DNA of 64,000 bases from Vicugna vicugna. Lineage: Eukaryota. Location: NCBI GenBank assembly GCA_013265495.1, contig MU062841.1, forward strand, positions 14,813,200 through 14,877,199. The letters are read 5' to 3'. Shown piece after piece: positions 1-12,489 of the stretch (its first letter is position 1; each line of letters begins with the position of its first letter). The notes under the pieces were generated by a model. The model did not search any database. It had not been told where the DNA came from and worked only from the letters and a program-made list of their open reading frames with translations. The translations under genes and the position numbers were made by a program.

Positions 1-184
1 ATAAACAGCAAGTTTATAGTGTATAGCAGAGGGAACTATATTCAATATCTTGTAGTGACCTATAATGAAAAAAGAATATGAATACTAATACGTGTATGTG
101 TCTGTGTATGCATGATTGAACTATTATGCTGTACACCAGAAATTGACACAACATTGTAAACTGACTATACTTCAATTAAAAAAA
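1..184 (+). mobile_element. Young lineage L1 3' end (cut by window start)
   Basis: ...TATAGCAGAGGGAACTATATTCAATATCTTGTAGT...GTACACCAGAAATTGACACAACATTGTAAACTGACTATACTTCAATTAAAAAA, a typical cetartiodactyl L1 3' terminus. Confidence 0.85.
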
Positions 185-194
185 TATGAATGCA

Positions 195-415
195 AATCTG
201 TTGGGAGCTTCTGAGAAAGCTTTTACCTTCCTAATAAAAGGGACAGGTGTCTTGGAGCCACCCCTTCCTGGTCCTATCTGCCTTTAACACGGTCATAATG
301 TGACTCTAAGAGAAATGCCTTAGAGCATCTCAGAGAGGCTGGCCTTGACGTTATTGGGCCGTCTAGCCAATGCTGACAACCATCTACCTCTGGACTTCTT
401 CTTGTATTAGCAAAA
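195..415 (+). mobile_element. MaLR LTR fragment (MLT1J/K-like)
   Basis: GGCTGGCCTTGACGTTATTGGGCCG...CTACCTCTGGACTTCTT resembles old MLT1 3' halves. Confidence 0.45.
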
Positions 416-422
416 ATGTCTA

Positions 423-585
423 GGGGGAGGGGACAGCCAAGGGATGGAGTGCCTGCTTAGCATGCACAAGTTCCTGGATCCAATCCACAGTTCCTCCATT
501 AAAAAATAATAATAATAATTTAAAAATAAATAAATAAACCTAATTACCTCCCCCAAAACAAAAACAAAAAAAGCGAAAAAAAAAA
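423..585 (+). mobile_element. tRNA-Ala-derived SINE (camelid vic-1-like)
   Basis: Degenerate A/B boxes, CTTAGCATGCAC anticodon arm, AATAAA-repeat/CTAATTACCTCCCC tail and A-tail. Approximate TSD AAAAA(T)GTCT at 412-421 and 581-589. Confidence 0.85.
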
Positions 586-599
586 GTCTGAACCAACAC

Positions 600-1510
600 A
601 CTGCAGAAAAACATTTTCAATTTATATCACAAAGAGTTAATATCCCTAATATTTAATAGAGTTTCTAAAATAGAGAAATCAACAACTGTTTAGGAAAGTA
701 AGTAGGAAACGTGAACAGACCACTAACAGAAAAGAAGCGCAGGTGAGTGGCTCTTCGCTGTGTGAAAAGACGCTCAGCCTTGCCCGTTGTAAGAGGAACA
801 CAAACTGAGATTTCATCCTCGCCCATTATGACGGCAAAAATTCAAATTTTGACGACATACTCTGTTAGTGAAGCTCTGGGAAATGGACACTTTCATAATT
901 TGGTGGTGGGAATGCAAAATTGTACAACCCCTATGAATTTGGCAAAATTATCTATACATTCACTCTTCAACCCAGCAAACTCATTTCTAGGAATACATTC
1001 CTAGGGTAAAATGGTAAGAATACAAAAAGATATGCGTGCAAAGCTATTCATTACAGACCTATCTGTAAGCACAAAAGCCCCCCACAATAGGAGATTGTTG
1101 AATAGACCATGATTTATTTACATTATGGAATTATACGCAGCTATAAAAGGAATAAGAACCATTTCTAAACACTACCAAGGAGTGGTTTCCAAGATATAAT
1201 TAAGTAAATAAAGCAAGATGGTAAAAAGTGTGTATAGTATGTTACCATTTATATAAAGGGGGTGAGAAACAATTGTATTTTTCATGTAAAGATAAATCAT
1301 AGCTTTTTCATTTAAAAAATGATCACCTAAAAAGAGACGGAGGGAAATAGTAGCGGGGACATGGGTAGAAACTGGACTTCTTCGGATGTCCCTTGTTTTG
1401 TAGATTTGACTGTGGAGCCATGTAAATGTTTTCCACAATTACAAAATAAAATTTTATTTTAATCTCTAGAAATGAAAACTAAAATGAAACAAGTAAAACA
1501 AAATGAGCCT
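600..1510 (+). mobile_element. Old L1 (L1MC/L1ME-type) 3' region
   Basis: Decayed ORF2 C-terminus and 3'UTR motifs (GAAAAGACGCTCAGCC, CATTTCTAGGAATACATTCC, GATTTGACTGTGGAGCCATGTAAATGTTT). Confidence 0.7.
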
Positions 1511-1515
1511 CTGTT

Positions 1516-1685
1516 CCATTAAAAAGATTTCTGATAGTAAGTCAACCTTGCATTCCGGGATGAATACAATCTGATAATAATGCATTATCTTTTTTAACCC
1601 AGTGTGGGAGTCTGCTACTGTTTTGTTGAGGATTTCTGCTTTTTTGGCCTATACTTTCCATCTCATACTGTCCTTTTTTAAAGGT
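1516..1685 (-). mobile_element. Inverted L1 ORF2 segment (5' inversion)
   Basis: Minus strand translates with frameshifts to AEILNKTVAD...KKIMHYYQIVFIP/GMQG*LTIRN, matching the L1 RT region AKILNKILAN...HDQVGFIPGMQGWFNIRK. Confidence 0.85.
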
Positions 1686-2186
1686 CATATGAGTCATATT
1701 AACAAAAAGAAAAGAAAAACCGTATCATCATCTCAATAGATGCCCCAGAAAAGCATTTGACAAGACCCAGTGTCCTTTTATGCTTAAAAAAAAAAAAAAG
1801 ATCTCTCAGCAAAATAGGAATAGAAGAGAGTTCTTCAACTTGATAAAGAAAATCTATGAAAAACCTACAGCTAATATCATGTAACGATGATGGGCAGAAA
1901 GCGTTCCCCCCACCCAAGATCAGGAACAAGGCAAGGACGCCTGCCTTTCTACTTACTTTAGTCAACACTATGTTGGAGGTCCTAGCCAGTGAAATTAGGC
2001 AAGAAAAAGAAATGAAAGGCATTTCATTATTTGCAGAGGACTATCACCTATGTAGAAAATCTAATAAAATTTACCCAAAAAGCTGCTAGAATTAACAAGC
2101 AAGTTTGCCCAATTGCAAGATACAAGATCAATATACAAAAATCAATTACGTTTCTAGAGATCAGCAATGAAAAATCAGAAGCTGAA

Positions 2187-2382
2187 TTTTTTTAACATTT
2201 TTTATTGAGTTATAGTTATTTTACAATGTTATGTCAAATTCCAGTGTAGAGCACAATTTTTCAGTTATACATGAACATACACATATTCATTGTCACATTT
2301 TTTTTTGCTGTGAGCTACCACAAGGTCTTGTATATATTTCCCTGTGCTATACAGTATAATCTTGTTTATATACATTCTGCAT
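2187..2382 (-). mobile_element. Young L1 3' end with TSD
   Basis: Poly-T start. TSD AGAAGCTGAA at 2177-2186 and 2383-2392. The empty site TTTTT/AA fits L1 endonuclease preference. Confidence 0.9.
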
Positions 2383-3343
2383 AGAAGCTGAAATTTTTAA
2401 AATACCTATTACAACAGCAAACACAAATATGAAACACTTAGGGACAAACCTGACAAAATATGTGAAAGATCTAAACACTGGAAACTACAAAACATCGCTG
2501 AGAAAAATTAAAGATCTTAAATGGAGAGATACACTGTGTTCTTGGGCTGGAAGACTTAGTAAGTTACTTCTCCCCAAATTAGTGTATAGATTCAAAGAAA
2601 TCCCAATCAAAATACCAGCAGAATTTTTTTGTAGAAATTGATAAGCTGATTCTAAAATAATATTGAAACGTGAAAAACTTAGAGGAGCCAAAACAAAGTT
2701 GTAAAGGAAGAAACAAGCGGGAGGACTAACTGCCTAATTTTAGAACTTACTAAAAAGCTGTAGTTAGCAAGGTAAGTATCACTGTAAAGACAGAAATATC
2801 AATAAAACAGAAAATAGACTCTAGACATAGATCCACACGTGGACCATTGATTTTCAGCAACAGTGCAAAGGCATTTTCAATGGTACAGGAACAACTGACT
2901 CTCTATATGCAAGAAAATGAACTTTGATTCATACCTTGCAGTGTTTACAAATATTAACTTGAGATGAATCATAGATATAAATGTAAACAGTACAACTATA
3001 AAATTTTTAGAAGAAAACATAGGGGAAAATCTTCGTGACCTTAGGTGAAGCAAAGATTTCTTAGATATAACACTGAAAGTACAATCTATAAAAGAAAAAT
3101 TGATAAATTGGATTAGAAATTTTTTTAAATTAAAAATGTTCTGCTCTTTCAAAAATACTGTTAGGAGAGTAAAAGACAAACCACAGACTGGAAGGAAATA
3201 CCTGTAACTCATTTACCTGTTAAAAGACATGAATACAGAATATACACAAAAATTCTCAAAACTAAATAAGAAAACAAATAACCTGATTTAAAATGGGCAA
3301 AACATTTTAAAAGACCAAAGAATACATATGGATAGCAGACAAG

Positions 3344-3486
3344 NNNNNNNNNNNNNNNNNNNNNNNNNNNNNNNNNNNNNNNNNNNNNNNNNNNNNNNNN
3401 NNNNNNNNNNNNNNNNNNNNNNNNNNNNNNNNNNNNNNNNNNNNNNNNNNNNNNNNNNNNNNNNNNNNNNNNNNNNNNNNNNNNNN
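3344..3486. other. Assembly gap
   Basis: Run of N inside an L1. Confidence 1.
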
Positions 3487-3948
3487 CTCATACACTGCCA
3501 ATAAGAATGCAAACAAGTGCAACTACTTTGGAAAATAAGTTGTCAGTTTTTTAAAAAGATAAAAATAGATCTATCACAAGTTTCAGTCTTTCAACTTCTG
3601 AATATTTACCCAAGAGAATGGACGTGTACAGCCAAAGAACTGTACATAAGTGTTCACAGCCGATTTATCTGTAATAGGTAAAAACTGTAAATGACTCAAT
3701 TGTCCACCAACAGATGAACAGAGAAACAAATTTCAGTGTAATTTCAGTGTTCGTGCAAGGGAACACTACTCAACAATAAAAAGAATGAACTATTGACGGA
3801 TGCCACACATAAGTGAGCCTCAAAATAATTATGCTGAGTGAAAGAATACAGACAAAAAAGGGTCCATACTGAATGATTCCTTTTATATAATATTCTAGAA
3901 AATGCAAACCAATCTATTGTGACAGAAACCAGGTCAGTAGTTCCCCAG

Positions 3949-4509
3949 TGTGACAGACAGTCTCTAAAATGGTTCCCTATAGTTGCCACCTCTGGGAACC
4001 AAGAGCGGGCTGGGTCTGGCTACTCATTTCTAATGAACAGAATATGGCAAAAGTGAAGAGATTGCACTTCTCAGATGAGGTTATAAAGAAATGATGACTG
4101 ACTCTCCCCCTCTCCCTCTCCCTCTCCCTCTCTCTCTCTCTGATGAAAACAGCTGCCATGTTGGAAGCTGCCCTAAGGACAGACCCACATGGCAAAGACC
4201 TGAGTGAGATCTCCAACCAACAGCCAATGAGAAACTAAAGTCCTCAGTTCAACAGCTGTTGAGGAACTGAATCCTAGTAAGATTCATATAAGTGAGCTGG
4301 GATGCAGCTCTTCCCCAGCCAAGCTGTGAAAGGAAACCACAACCCTGGCCAACATCTTGGTTACAACCTTGGGAGAGACCTGGAGGCAGAGGTGCCCAGG
4401 TAAGTGGTGCCCAAGATTCCTGACCCACAGAAGATGAGAGATGATAAATGTTGTTTTAAGCTGATACATTTTGGGGCTATTCGTTATGCAGCAATAGACA
4501 ACTAATACA
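3949..4509 (+). mobile_element. MaLR solo LTR (MLT1E/F-like)
   Basis: Starts TGTGACAGACAG and ends TTATGCAGCAATAGACAACTAATACA. Typical internal MLT1 motifs. Confidence 0.85.
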
Positions 4510-4606
4510 TTTGTAGGTTGGAGTTACGGACAAGGTAACAGGTGGGAGAGAGGGATTGTAGATGGGTGTGAAGAAACCACTGGGAGTGATGGATATGCTC
4601 ATTATC

Positions 4607-4806
4607 TTTTTTTTATGTATATATATTTTTATTGAAATATAATTAGTTTACAGTGTGTCAATTTCTGGTGTACAACATAATGCTTCAGTCATACATGAAC
4701 ATACATACATATATTTGTTTTCATTTCTTTTTCACCATAAGCTACTACAAGATATTGAATATAGTTTCCTGTGCTGTACAGTATGAACTTGTTTATCTAC
4801 TTATAG
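4607..4806 (-). mobile_element. Young L1 3' end
   Basis: Same family as 2187-2382. Inserted within the TATCTTGATTG motif of the older L1 3'UTR. Confidence 0.85.
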
Positions 4807-7029
4807 ATATTAAACGATCTTGATTGCTGTGGTCTCATGGCATATCCATATGTCAAGCCTTACTAACTTATGCACTTTAAATATGTGATGTTTATTGCAT
4901 GTAAGTTCTATCTCAGTGAAGCTGGGTTATTTTAAAGTTTGGTGAAAATGTCAAGGAAGAAAAGGATGTCATCGATGGGTTCAACAACATGGAGGGTATC
5001 AGTCCAGAGTGACTTGCTGTCTGGATTTGCCCAGGACTGAGGTGGCTCCTGGAAGGAAAGACATTCCATTTTAAAACCTGAGAAAGTCTCAGGCATGTGG
5101 GGATGAGCGGGTTACCCTACTGATGACACTAACAAGAACAATAGGGGCTGGAAGTCGATGGCAGCCTCGTCAGAAGCTATCTCGGGGGGATGATGGAAAA
5201 AAGGACTGGGGCACCGCATACAGTCAACTCCTCTGAGTTTTTTGGCTGCAGCAAGGAGAGAAAGGCGGGAAGAGCTGGAGGGGCTGTGAGGGCAAGGAAG
5301 TCGGGTTTTAAGATGGGAGTCATTGCAGCCTGTGTGTGCTGATGGAAGGAACCCGGTAGAGAACATTTTTTTGTGACACTGAGAAGAGGTGCTTGCAGGA
5401 GAAAAGGCCTCCAACAGGAGAGGACTGCTTGTATCCACAAGCGTCCTGAGGCTCCCTGCCAGGCCACAGGGGCTCCCCAGTGGGTCATGGGACCCCAAAG
5501 TGCAAGGTCTCTCTTCAGTTCTTACATCCAGGTGACATGCTTCCACACTCTAATCTCCTGAGCCACTAAGGGCTACTTACTAGTAACCTAATGACCGAGT
5601 CATGGACGGTACTGAGTGTGCTGTCCATCACCAGAAGTGACCCCGGACTCTGTCCTTTCCTAAGAAATCTGGCTGCCACGTAGCCCTTAGCAATGTTGTC
5701 AGACTTCCTGCTTTGTGTGCGCACTTGCAGATGGGTAGAATTTCACGATTTGGGGAAAGAATGCACGATCAGGGTTGCCCTGAACCGGTTGTGGATTCCT
5801 TTTCCATTATTGATGACCGTGCCGTTTCTGTTATAAAAGTGTCTTTTATTTTTGCCTAAACATTCATCCATTTAGCTTTTTGTAGGTTGTTGGGTTAATT
5901 TCACAGTCTACAGTGATTCGGATTTTGCGTTAATCGTTTTTAACCTGTATTCTCTGATAACAGACTGCAAGACCCTGTAAGTCTCATGTTCAGATGTGAA
6001 TCACTCGCATCTCTGTTGCCTGTGTCATGTGTGTCGGGCTGCTGGTGAAAGTCAGCTACTGGCATAAGTAAAATGAAATTATTGAGGTTTTTTTAGGAAA
6101 TTGTTTTATTGCACAAAAATCTATTAAGTCTGTTCATATTCCTCTAAAGTAACTAATAAGTGAATCATTTATATTACAGTAACATGATAAATCCAACTTG
6201 TATTTCTTCTCTTTCTGTGTCATCCTTGAGGTTTTTCTTAGTGGAAACTCGAGGGCGAGGGAGAGCGCAAAGCTTTAAATTCTGCCTGTAGGTACCACAG
6301 TCGAAAGGCTCAGGAGCACAGGCTGTGGAGGCCACACCCAGGGCTTCTCAGGACAAGGCTTCGTGCTGAGCAGCACAGGCAGAGTTGACGCCTCCCAAGT
6401 CATGTCAGCAGCGGGGTTCCTGATTCCAGGCTCTCCCCATGGGTGTCCATAGGCCATTCCTTCTCCCTAAGGGGCGCCCGGGGAACGCTGCGGCTTTGCT
6501 TCGCGGGAATAACACCCCGTTTTCTGGCCCGTGTCTTTCCTTTTTCCTTCTCTCCTTTGGCTTCTCTCTTTCCCTTGCCCCAAGACTTACTGTTCTAACT
6601 ATAGTTTCTAACAGGTGTGCAGCCAGGGCCGGGAGGCTGTGGTCCAGCTGTCCCCAGACACATGGATTCTCTCCAACTGTCTTGCTGCAATCGTGGGGCC
6701 CTGAGCACACTCACTGAGTGAGGCTAGCCCTGCCGGGGTCATGGCAGGGGGAGGGGCAGAGGCAGGGGCAGCTTCTCATTCCCAGGCAGAGCAGAGGCCG
6801 GGAGAGTGGGCAAGTTGTCCCCAGATCTGGGAGCTCTGCTCTGGTTCAGCAAGGAATCAGGAAGTAGGTCCTATTTTCCCATTCTTGGGAGACACGGCCG
6901 GATGTCTACCCAGTGTCCATCCCCTTCTCCTTTGTTCTTATTAACATCACCCTCATCTGAGCCTCACCTGGCTCAGAGTAGACACCCGCTATGGTTGAGC
7001 TACTGCTGTGTCATTTAATCCACACGCAC

Positions 7030-7140
7030 ACTCACTGGGCAGAAGAATTTGTACCTGTGCTCAATGACTTACCTGAGATCTCACAGCCAGTGGCTGCCAG
7101 AGCTGGGATTCAAACCCAGGTCTGTCTGACTCAGAGATTT
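7030..7140 (+). mobile_element. MIR fragment
   Basis: GACTTACCTGAGATCTCACAGCCAGTGGCTGCCAGAGCTGGGATTCAAACCCAGGTCTGTCTGACTC is the MIR core. Confidence 0.75.
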
Positions 7141-7539
7141 GTCCTCTTGCCTCTCTGCCTCCTGTCTCTCTAAGAAGAGGACGAATCCACACACACAGGT
7201 GGGAGCCTTAGGAAGCACGCGTGAGACGCAGGCTCATCTCTGGGGATGAGCGCATCCTGTGGAACCCGGGGCAGGCTCTCCCCAGGGCCACCCAAAGTTT
7301 CACTCCCCTCTCCCAGCACATGGCCTGGAGTCTGTGTGCAGTGCAGTCTCAACGAGGGAAGAATAGATGGAAGCGAGGAGAGACAAAGGGGAAAAGGAGG
7401 GATGGAGGAAGATATCAAACAGACATGTCCTCAGCTACCTGCCCCCGCCCCAGGCCCTGGGTTTAAGGATAGTTTATCAGTTAGTTAAGAAAAACAGGGA
7501 TGGAACTTAAACATGTAAGTGTTTTTTATTGTTTTTCCC

Positions 7540-8690
7540 ACTTGCAACTAGAGAGGTACGTAGTGACGTTGTGTCAGTGGTTCAGAGGTGCTGTGTCTGC
7601 AGTCTCTGCTCCTCTCGGCCTTTGCCTCATGGTCACAAGATGGCTGCTGCAGCGCTAATCATCATGATCCGAGCAGGAGGAAAGGAAGGACGGCAGTCTT
7701 TCTTGGGAACCTTTCATTTATGTCTTCCTGGCCAGAACCGGGCTGGGGAATGTGCGGTGTGGGGTTTGTTTTGTATTTTAGCAAGGCTTCTTTGTTCTGT
7801 CGCCCCTTCCCTGCCTCCTTCTCCAGTTCTCAGTCCCAGGAATAGTCTCTAAAGTACAAATGAGGCTCAGCTCATACATGTAACCGCAGAAGAAAGGACA
7901 AAGCAGGTCCTGCTGAAATTATGAAGATTCTAAAAATGGATCCAAACCCCAGAAGTTTCAGACTTGACTTCCAGAGCACAAGCTCTGTCCCCTTCAGACC
8001 CAGGCTTTCTGTGGATGGATGGCTCTTCTGCGAGAGCCCTGGTCCCCAGAACACGAAGAGGGCGGAACCGACCTCAGCCACCAGGGAGCAAATTCTGAAT
8101 CAGTTGGGATGTTTTCAGCTACAAGTGACAGAAAGCCTGAACACAAGTATCTCTGAGAGAGTTTACCGTCTCACACATCAGGAAGCCCAGAGCTCTCTCG
8201 TTTTCTGAGAGCTACCCCACTCTACCTGTTGGCTTATAGGAAGATGGTCACAGAAGTTTCCAGGCATCACAGCTAAATAAGGAAGAGAGACCATCTCTTC
8301 CCGGGGTTATTTATTAGAAGTGAGGAAACCTTTCCCAAAAGCCTCCTCAAAGACTTTCCTTCACGTCTCCCGTGGCCTTTCCACGTGGCGCAGGCGTCCC
8401 CGCGTGGCTCGGGCACCCCCACACCATGGAGGCTGGGCTCCCAGGGCAAGCATCAGGAGAGAGTGGGACAGAGAACCAGGTGGAAGTCACAGCTCTTTTC
8501 ATGACCTGGCCTCAGAAGTCACACAGTGTCACTTCCCCCGCATTCTGTTCATGGAGACAGTGGCAAAGCCTCACCCAGCTTGAAGGAGGGGGCGATGGAA
8601 TCTAACTCATGATGAGGCAGTAACAAGCCTGGAAGAGCAGATGAGAACTGGTACATTATGGCCACTTTCAGAAAATACAGTCTGTTGCAT
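7540..8690 (-). mobile_element. Cluster of old MaLR LTR fragments (MLT1G/H/J/K-like)
   Basis: ATGGTCACAAGATGGCTGCTGCAGC; CAGCTACAAGTGACAGAAA; TTTCATGACCTGGCCTCAGAAGTCACACAGTGTCACTTCC...GAAAATACAGTCT. Confidence 0.6.
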
Positions 8691-10789
8691 TAGAAGATCC
8701 TGTCACCCTGTCACTCTGCACAACCTGCCTCTGCCTGCCCCTGCCCGCCCTCCCCACCCCGACCACAGTCGCTTCCATATCCAGGTCTTACCTGGAGCCC
8801 CTGCAGAACCCTAGTGCAGGGGAGTCTGGGAAACGCTGTTTGTAGCTTTGCAGCCTCTGTCGCACGGGAAGGTAAGCCGAAGCGGGGCGGAATAGGTGGT
8901 AAGTGACGTGGCTTACAGGGTCTGCCACAGCTAAGGATGAGGAAGAGGGAATAAATGAGTGATTGGGGAGTGGCCCCCGCGGCCTGCTTCTGAGCCCGGC
9001 CTTTTCTGTTTCTCCTGCTTAACTTTTCCCTGTAGCATTCAGCAGGTGCTTGTGCAGCATCTCCCGTGTCCAAGGCAAGCTAGACTCAACAGGACAGGTG
9101 GGGGGTTTACACTCTGTGAAAGACAGTCGTAAACAGAGAGTTATTATAAATGACTATGTACATACAATCTGGCTTTACAAAGAAGCAGCGTCTTCCGTCC
9201 ATCCTGTTCCCACGTGTACATCTTGTCAGCCAGCCCGACAGGGAACGTCAGGCGCCAGAGACCTCCCTGAGCCTTCCTCCGCAAATCCTCTGTGGTCGTT
9301 ACGGGACAGAGCCCATCCAGATGCTCAGATGTTACTCAGCGCATTCACTACTCAGAGGCAAGCAACAAAGGTTAATAAAGGGCAGTCAGTGTTTAAATAA
9401 ATGTGGAAGTCTGTAACAGGCTGTTATCAACAGCATCTGGACAAACGTGTAACCAACCAGAGCAGAATGAGGGCTTTGGCCTCAAAGACGAGAACGGCTC
9501 AATTCCAGGGACAACCCCCGAGCGCCGACGAGAGTGGGCGGCGGGGCCCAGCTCAAGACACACGAGTGGCATTCCCGTGCCGGGGCCAACCTTACCCACT
9601 TGTTTCGGGACGTGTAAATGTTAGATTTCCTCAACATCAGCCCTGGTTGGAACTTAAGCTCCCAAGGAAAACCTGCCATTCATGCCAGGGCAGTGTGGGT
9701 GCGGACAGCGGCATGAGGGGATCGCGACTGGACTGTGTGTCTGGAAGCAGCCGCCCGCGTGTTGATCGGCCCAAGGTGCTCTCACGACCCGTTCGGGCGC
9801 CCGCACAGGCCCCCGCTGGTAGCCAACCCAAGCGCCTGCGCTGACCCTGTCGCGCGCGTTCAGTCCTGGGTTATTTCCTCAATTACCATAATGAAGTCAG
9901 GGGAGTAAACAGCCCGGCCTCACACCCGTTCTTCTCTCTGATGTTCTCTTCTCAAGGAACAAACACACAGCTTCATTACCAACAAGCTCAGAATAAAGTA
10001 ATAGGAGCTGAAATCCGTGAAATTAGGTTCGCTTTTCTAATTAGCTGGAGAGTTCACAGATACCGGGACGTTCTTTATCACAGGCTCACTTCTTCTCCAG
10101 AAGGGGACGGCCATTTGTGATCTCAGGAAATTAAACCCTCCCCTCTTACACTCTACAAAGGAACTTCCGATTGAAGTGTAAATGCGAGTTTCTGTTAGCC
10201 ACCTGGAAGATCAGTTTGAAGTTGTGCATCTTGAGCAAATTCCTCATTAATTCCATCCTGTGCCTGGGAGATTGTGTGATACAGCAATTTCCATTTTCAA
10301 AGGAATTGTCTTTTCACTAATAATGTCCTCAGCTTAGTGGGCGCCCTCCTCCGTGGAGTTCAAAGTGACCTGGGGGCCTCTTGTCTTTAATTCCCACATC
10401 CCAGACAGAGGAAACGGGGTGCAGGAGAGAAGGCAACTGCCTTCCTGACAGTTAAGTGAAAGAAGCTGAGGTCGGGGAGCCAGGGGCCCAGGGAGACGTG
10501 GAGCAAAGCTCGCGAGATGACCCAGCGGGTCACTGGCAGCCCTGGAGCATCCAACTCTATTATATTCCTTACTCTCAGCTAACCAACCATCCCAATTGTC
10601 TCCCAAAAGTCTAAAGCTATCAAACAGACCCCTGGAGCTCTAAGTGAGGACTCCAGAGGCCTGACATTGCCTCTTCTAATGATTTACTGTAAGTGACTTA
10701 AAAGGACAAAATTTGCCCAGTGAAGGAATCAGCCCCTGTCCAAAGCAGCTAGATGCCCGCTTTCCAGGAATTCCTTCACTCATGAATGC

Positions 10790-11110
10790 ATTCGGTTATT
10801 TGACAAAATTTTCTTGAGCACCTACTATGTGCCAGGTGCTATTCTGGGCACTGGGGATGGAGAAATGAATAAAATGAATGAAAATCTTTGCTTTCACAGA
10901 GGTTATTCTAGTGGGGAAGACAAACAGTACACAAGATAAATTGGCAAAATACAAGGTTTGTTAGTTAAATGGTGATAAATGCTAGGGAGAAAATAAAACA
11001 GGGATGTGGAATTTTAAATGTCAGGATGTGTGAAGGGCTGAGTGTTCAGCGGGAATGACCAGAGAGCACCGCGTTGAAAGAACCCAGGGAGAGGTGGAAG
11101 ACCGCGGCGG
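10790..11110 (-). mobile_element. L2 3' end
   Basis: ATTTTCTTGAGCACCTACTATGTGCCAGGTGCTATTCTGGGCACTGGGGAT is a typical L2 tail motif. Confidence 0.8.
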
Positions 11111-11255
11111 TGGCTGTGGAGGGTGACGCCGCCTGGTGAGGAACAGGAGCCTGGTGTTTTCTCTAGACTCTTTTGAAGTCAGTTTGTGCCTCTTGCTTAT
11201 GCGTTTGTGAATGGGGCCAATATCTATCCTTCATAGAAGTTAAGAAATTAACATC

Positions 11256-12480
11256 TGTATTGAGTTGAAGAGTGTCCCTCCAAAATTCACATCCACAGGG
11301 GCNNNNNNNNNNNNNNNNNNNNNNNNNNNNNNNNNNNNNNNNNNNNNNNNNNNNNNNNNNNNNNNNNNNNNNNNNNNNNNNNNNNNNNNNNNNNNNNNNN
11401 NNNNNNNNNNNNNNNNNNNNNNNNNNNNNNAGAGGACACCCATGGGAAGACGGCCATGTGAAGAAGGAGGCAGAAATTGGAGAGATGGAGCTGTAAGTCA
11501 AGGAGTGCCACGGATTGCCAGCAACCAAGGCTAAGAGAAAGGCAAGGAATAAATTCTCCCTGAGAACCTCTGGAGGAACCTTGATTTGGGGCTTCAATTC
11601 TCCTCAGCTGTGAGAGTGTCCATTTCTTCTGTTTTAAGCTGCCCAGTTTGTGGTCATTTGTTACGACAGTCCTAGGAAACCAAGATGGGTTTTGGTACCT
11701 GGAAGGGGTGCTGCTGTAACAAATACTGAAAACGTGGAAGACCTTTGGAATCGGGTGAGGGGTAGAGGCTGGAAGAATTTTGAGATGAAAGATAGAAGCA
11801 GCCTAGACTGCCATGTGGAGAGTGCTAGCAAAAAGTGTAAACAGTAAAGGAGATTCTGCTGAGAGCTCAGAAGGAAGTTAAGAGGATGGCAGAGAACACT
11901 TCTGTTGGCTTGGAGAGAAAATGTACTGTCATCTACAGAAAACTGACAGACGTAGGAACATTAAAGATGTCTCTGGTGAGATTGCAAATGAAAATGAAGA
12001 GCATGTTATTGGAAACCGGAAGTAACGTGATCCTTGTTCTAAGATGGCAGAGAACTAGATGAACTGCGTTCTAGTGGGAAGTAGGGCTTGTAAGTGATGA
12101 GCTTGGATGTTTAGCTGAGGGTAACCGCCAGGCAGAACATGGAAGGTGTAGCCTGGTTTCTCTTTGCTGCTTGTAGTTACATGTGAGAGAAAAGAGATAA
12201 ACTGAGAAGAAACTATTCAACAAAAAGGAACCAGAACTTGATGATCTGGAAATTCTCAGCCTATCTATACTATGCAAGACTCTGAGGCACACTCTGGAGG
12301 CGACACCCATCAAGGGTGTGGCCCGACAGTCTTCTACGCAAGAGACTTGGTGTGTGGCTCATTGATCCAACTAAGCATCTCAGCGGAAGTCAGGAGCAGA
12401 GCTGTGTCACAGGCTCACCTGTCTGTCTGAGAAGATCCACTGAGCATCACTTTAAGTCTTTCTGAGATCTAAGCAAAGAG
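11256..12480 (+). mobile_element. MaLR LTR (MLT1C-like, 11256-11685) followed by MLT1 internal sequence
   Basis: TGTATTGAGTTGAAGAGTGTCCCTCCAAAATTCAC...TTGTTACGACAGTCCTAGGAAAC, then TTTTGGTACC..GGGGTGCTGCTGTAACAAATAC (start of MaLR internal region). Confidence 0.85.
11303..11430. other. Assembly gap
   Basis: Run of N inside an MLT1 LTR. Confidence 1.
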
Positions 12481-12489
12481 GCTTATAAT

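Larger units (their letters stand above)
1686..4925 (+). mobile_element. Old L1 (L1MB/L1MC-like) ORF2 3' half plus 3'UTR, interrupted by younger inserts and a gap
   Basis: HINK..IIISIDA..KAFDK; ORF 1856-2089 matches GTRQGCPLS..VLEVLA..IRQEKE..LFADD; ORF 2429-2641 matches later ORF2. 3'UTR resumes at 4510 after the MLT1 insertion. Confidence 0.88.

Noticed and set aside
1856-3212. ORFs 1856-2089, 2429-2641 and 2877-3212 as genes
   Set aside because: They are decayed L1 ORF2 fragments or their antisense frames.
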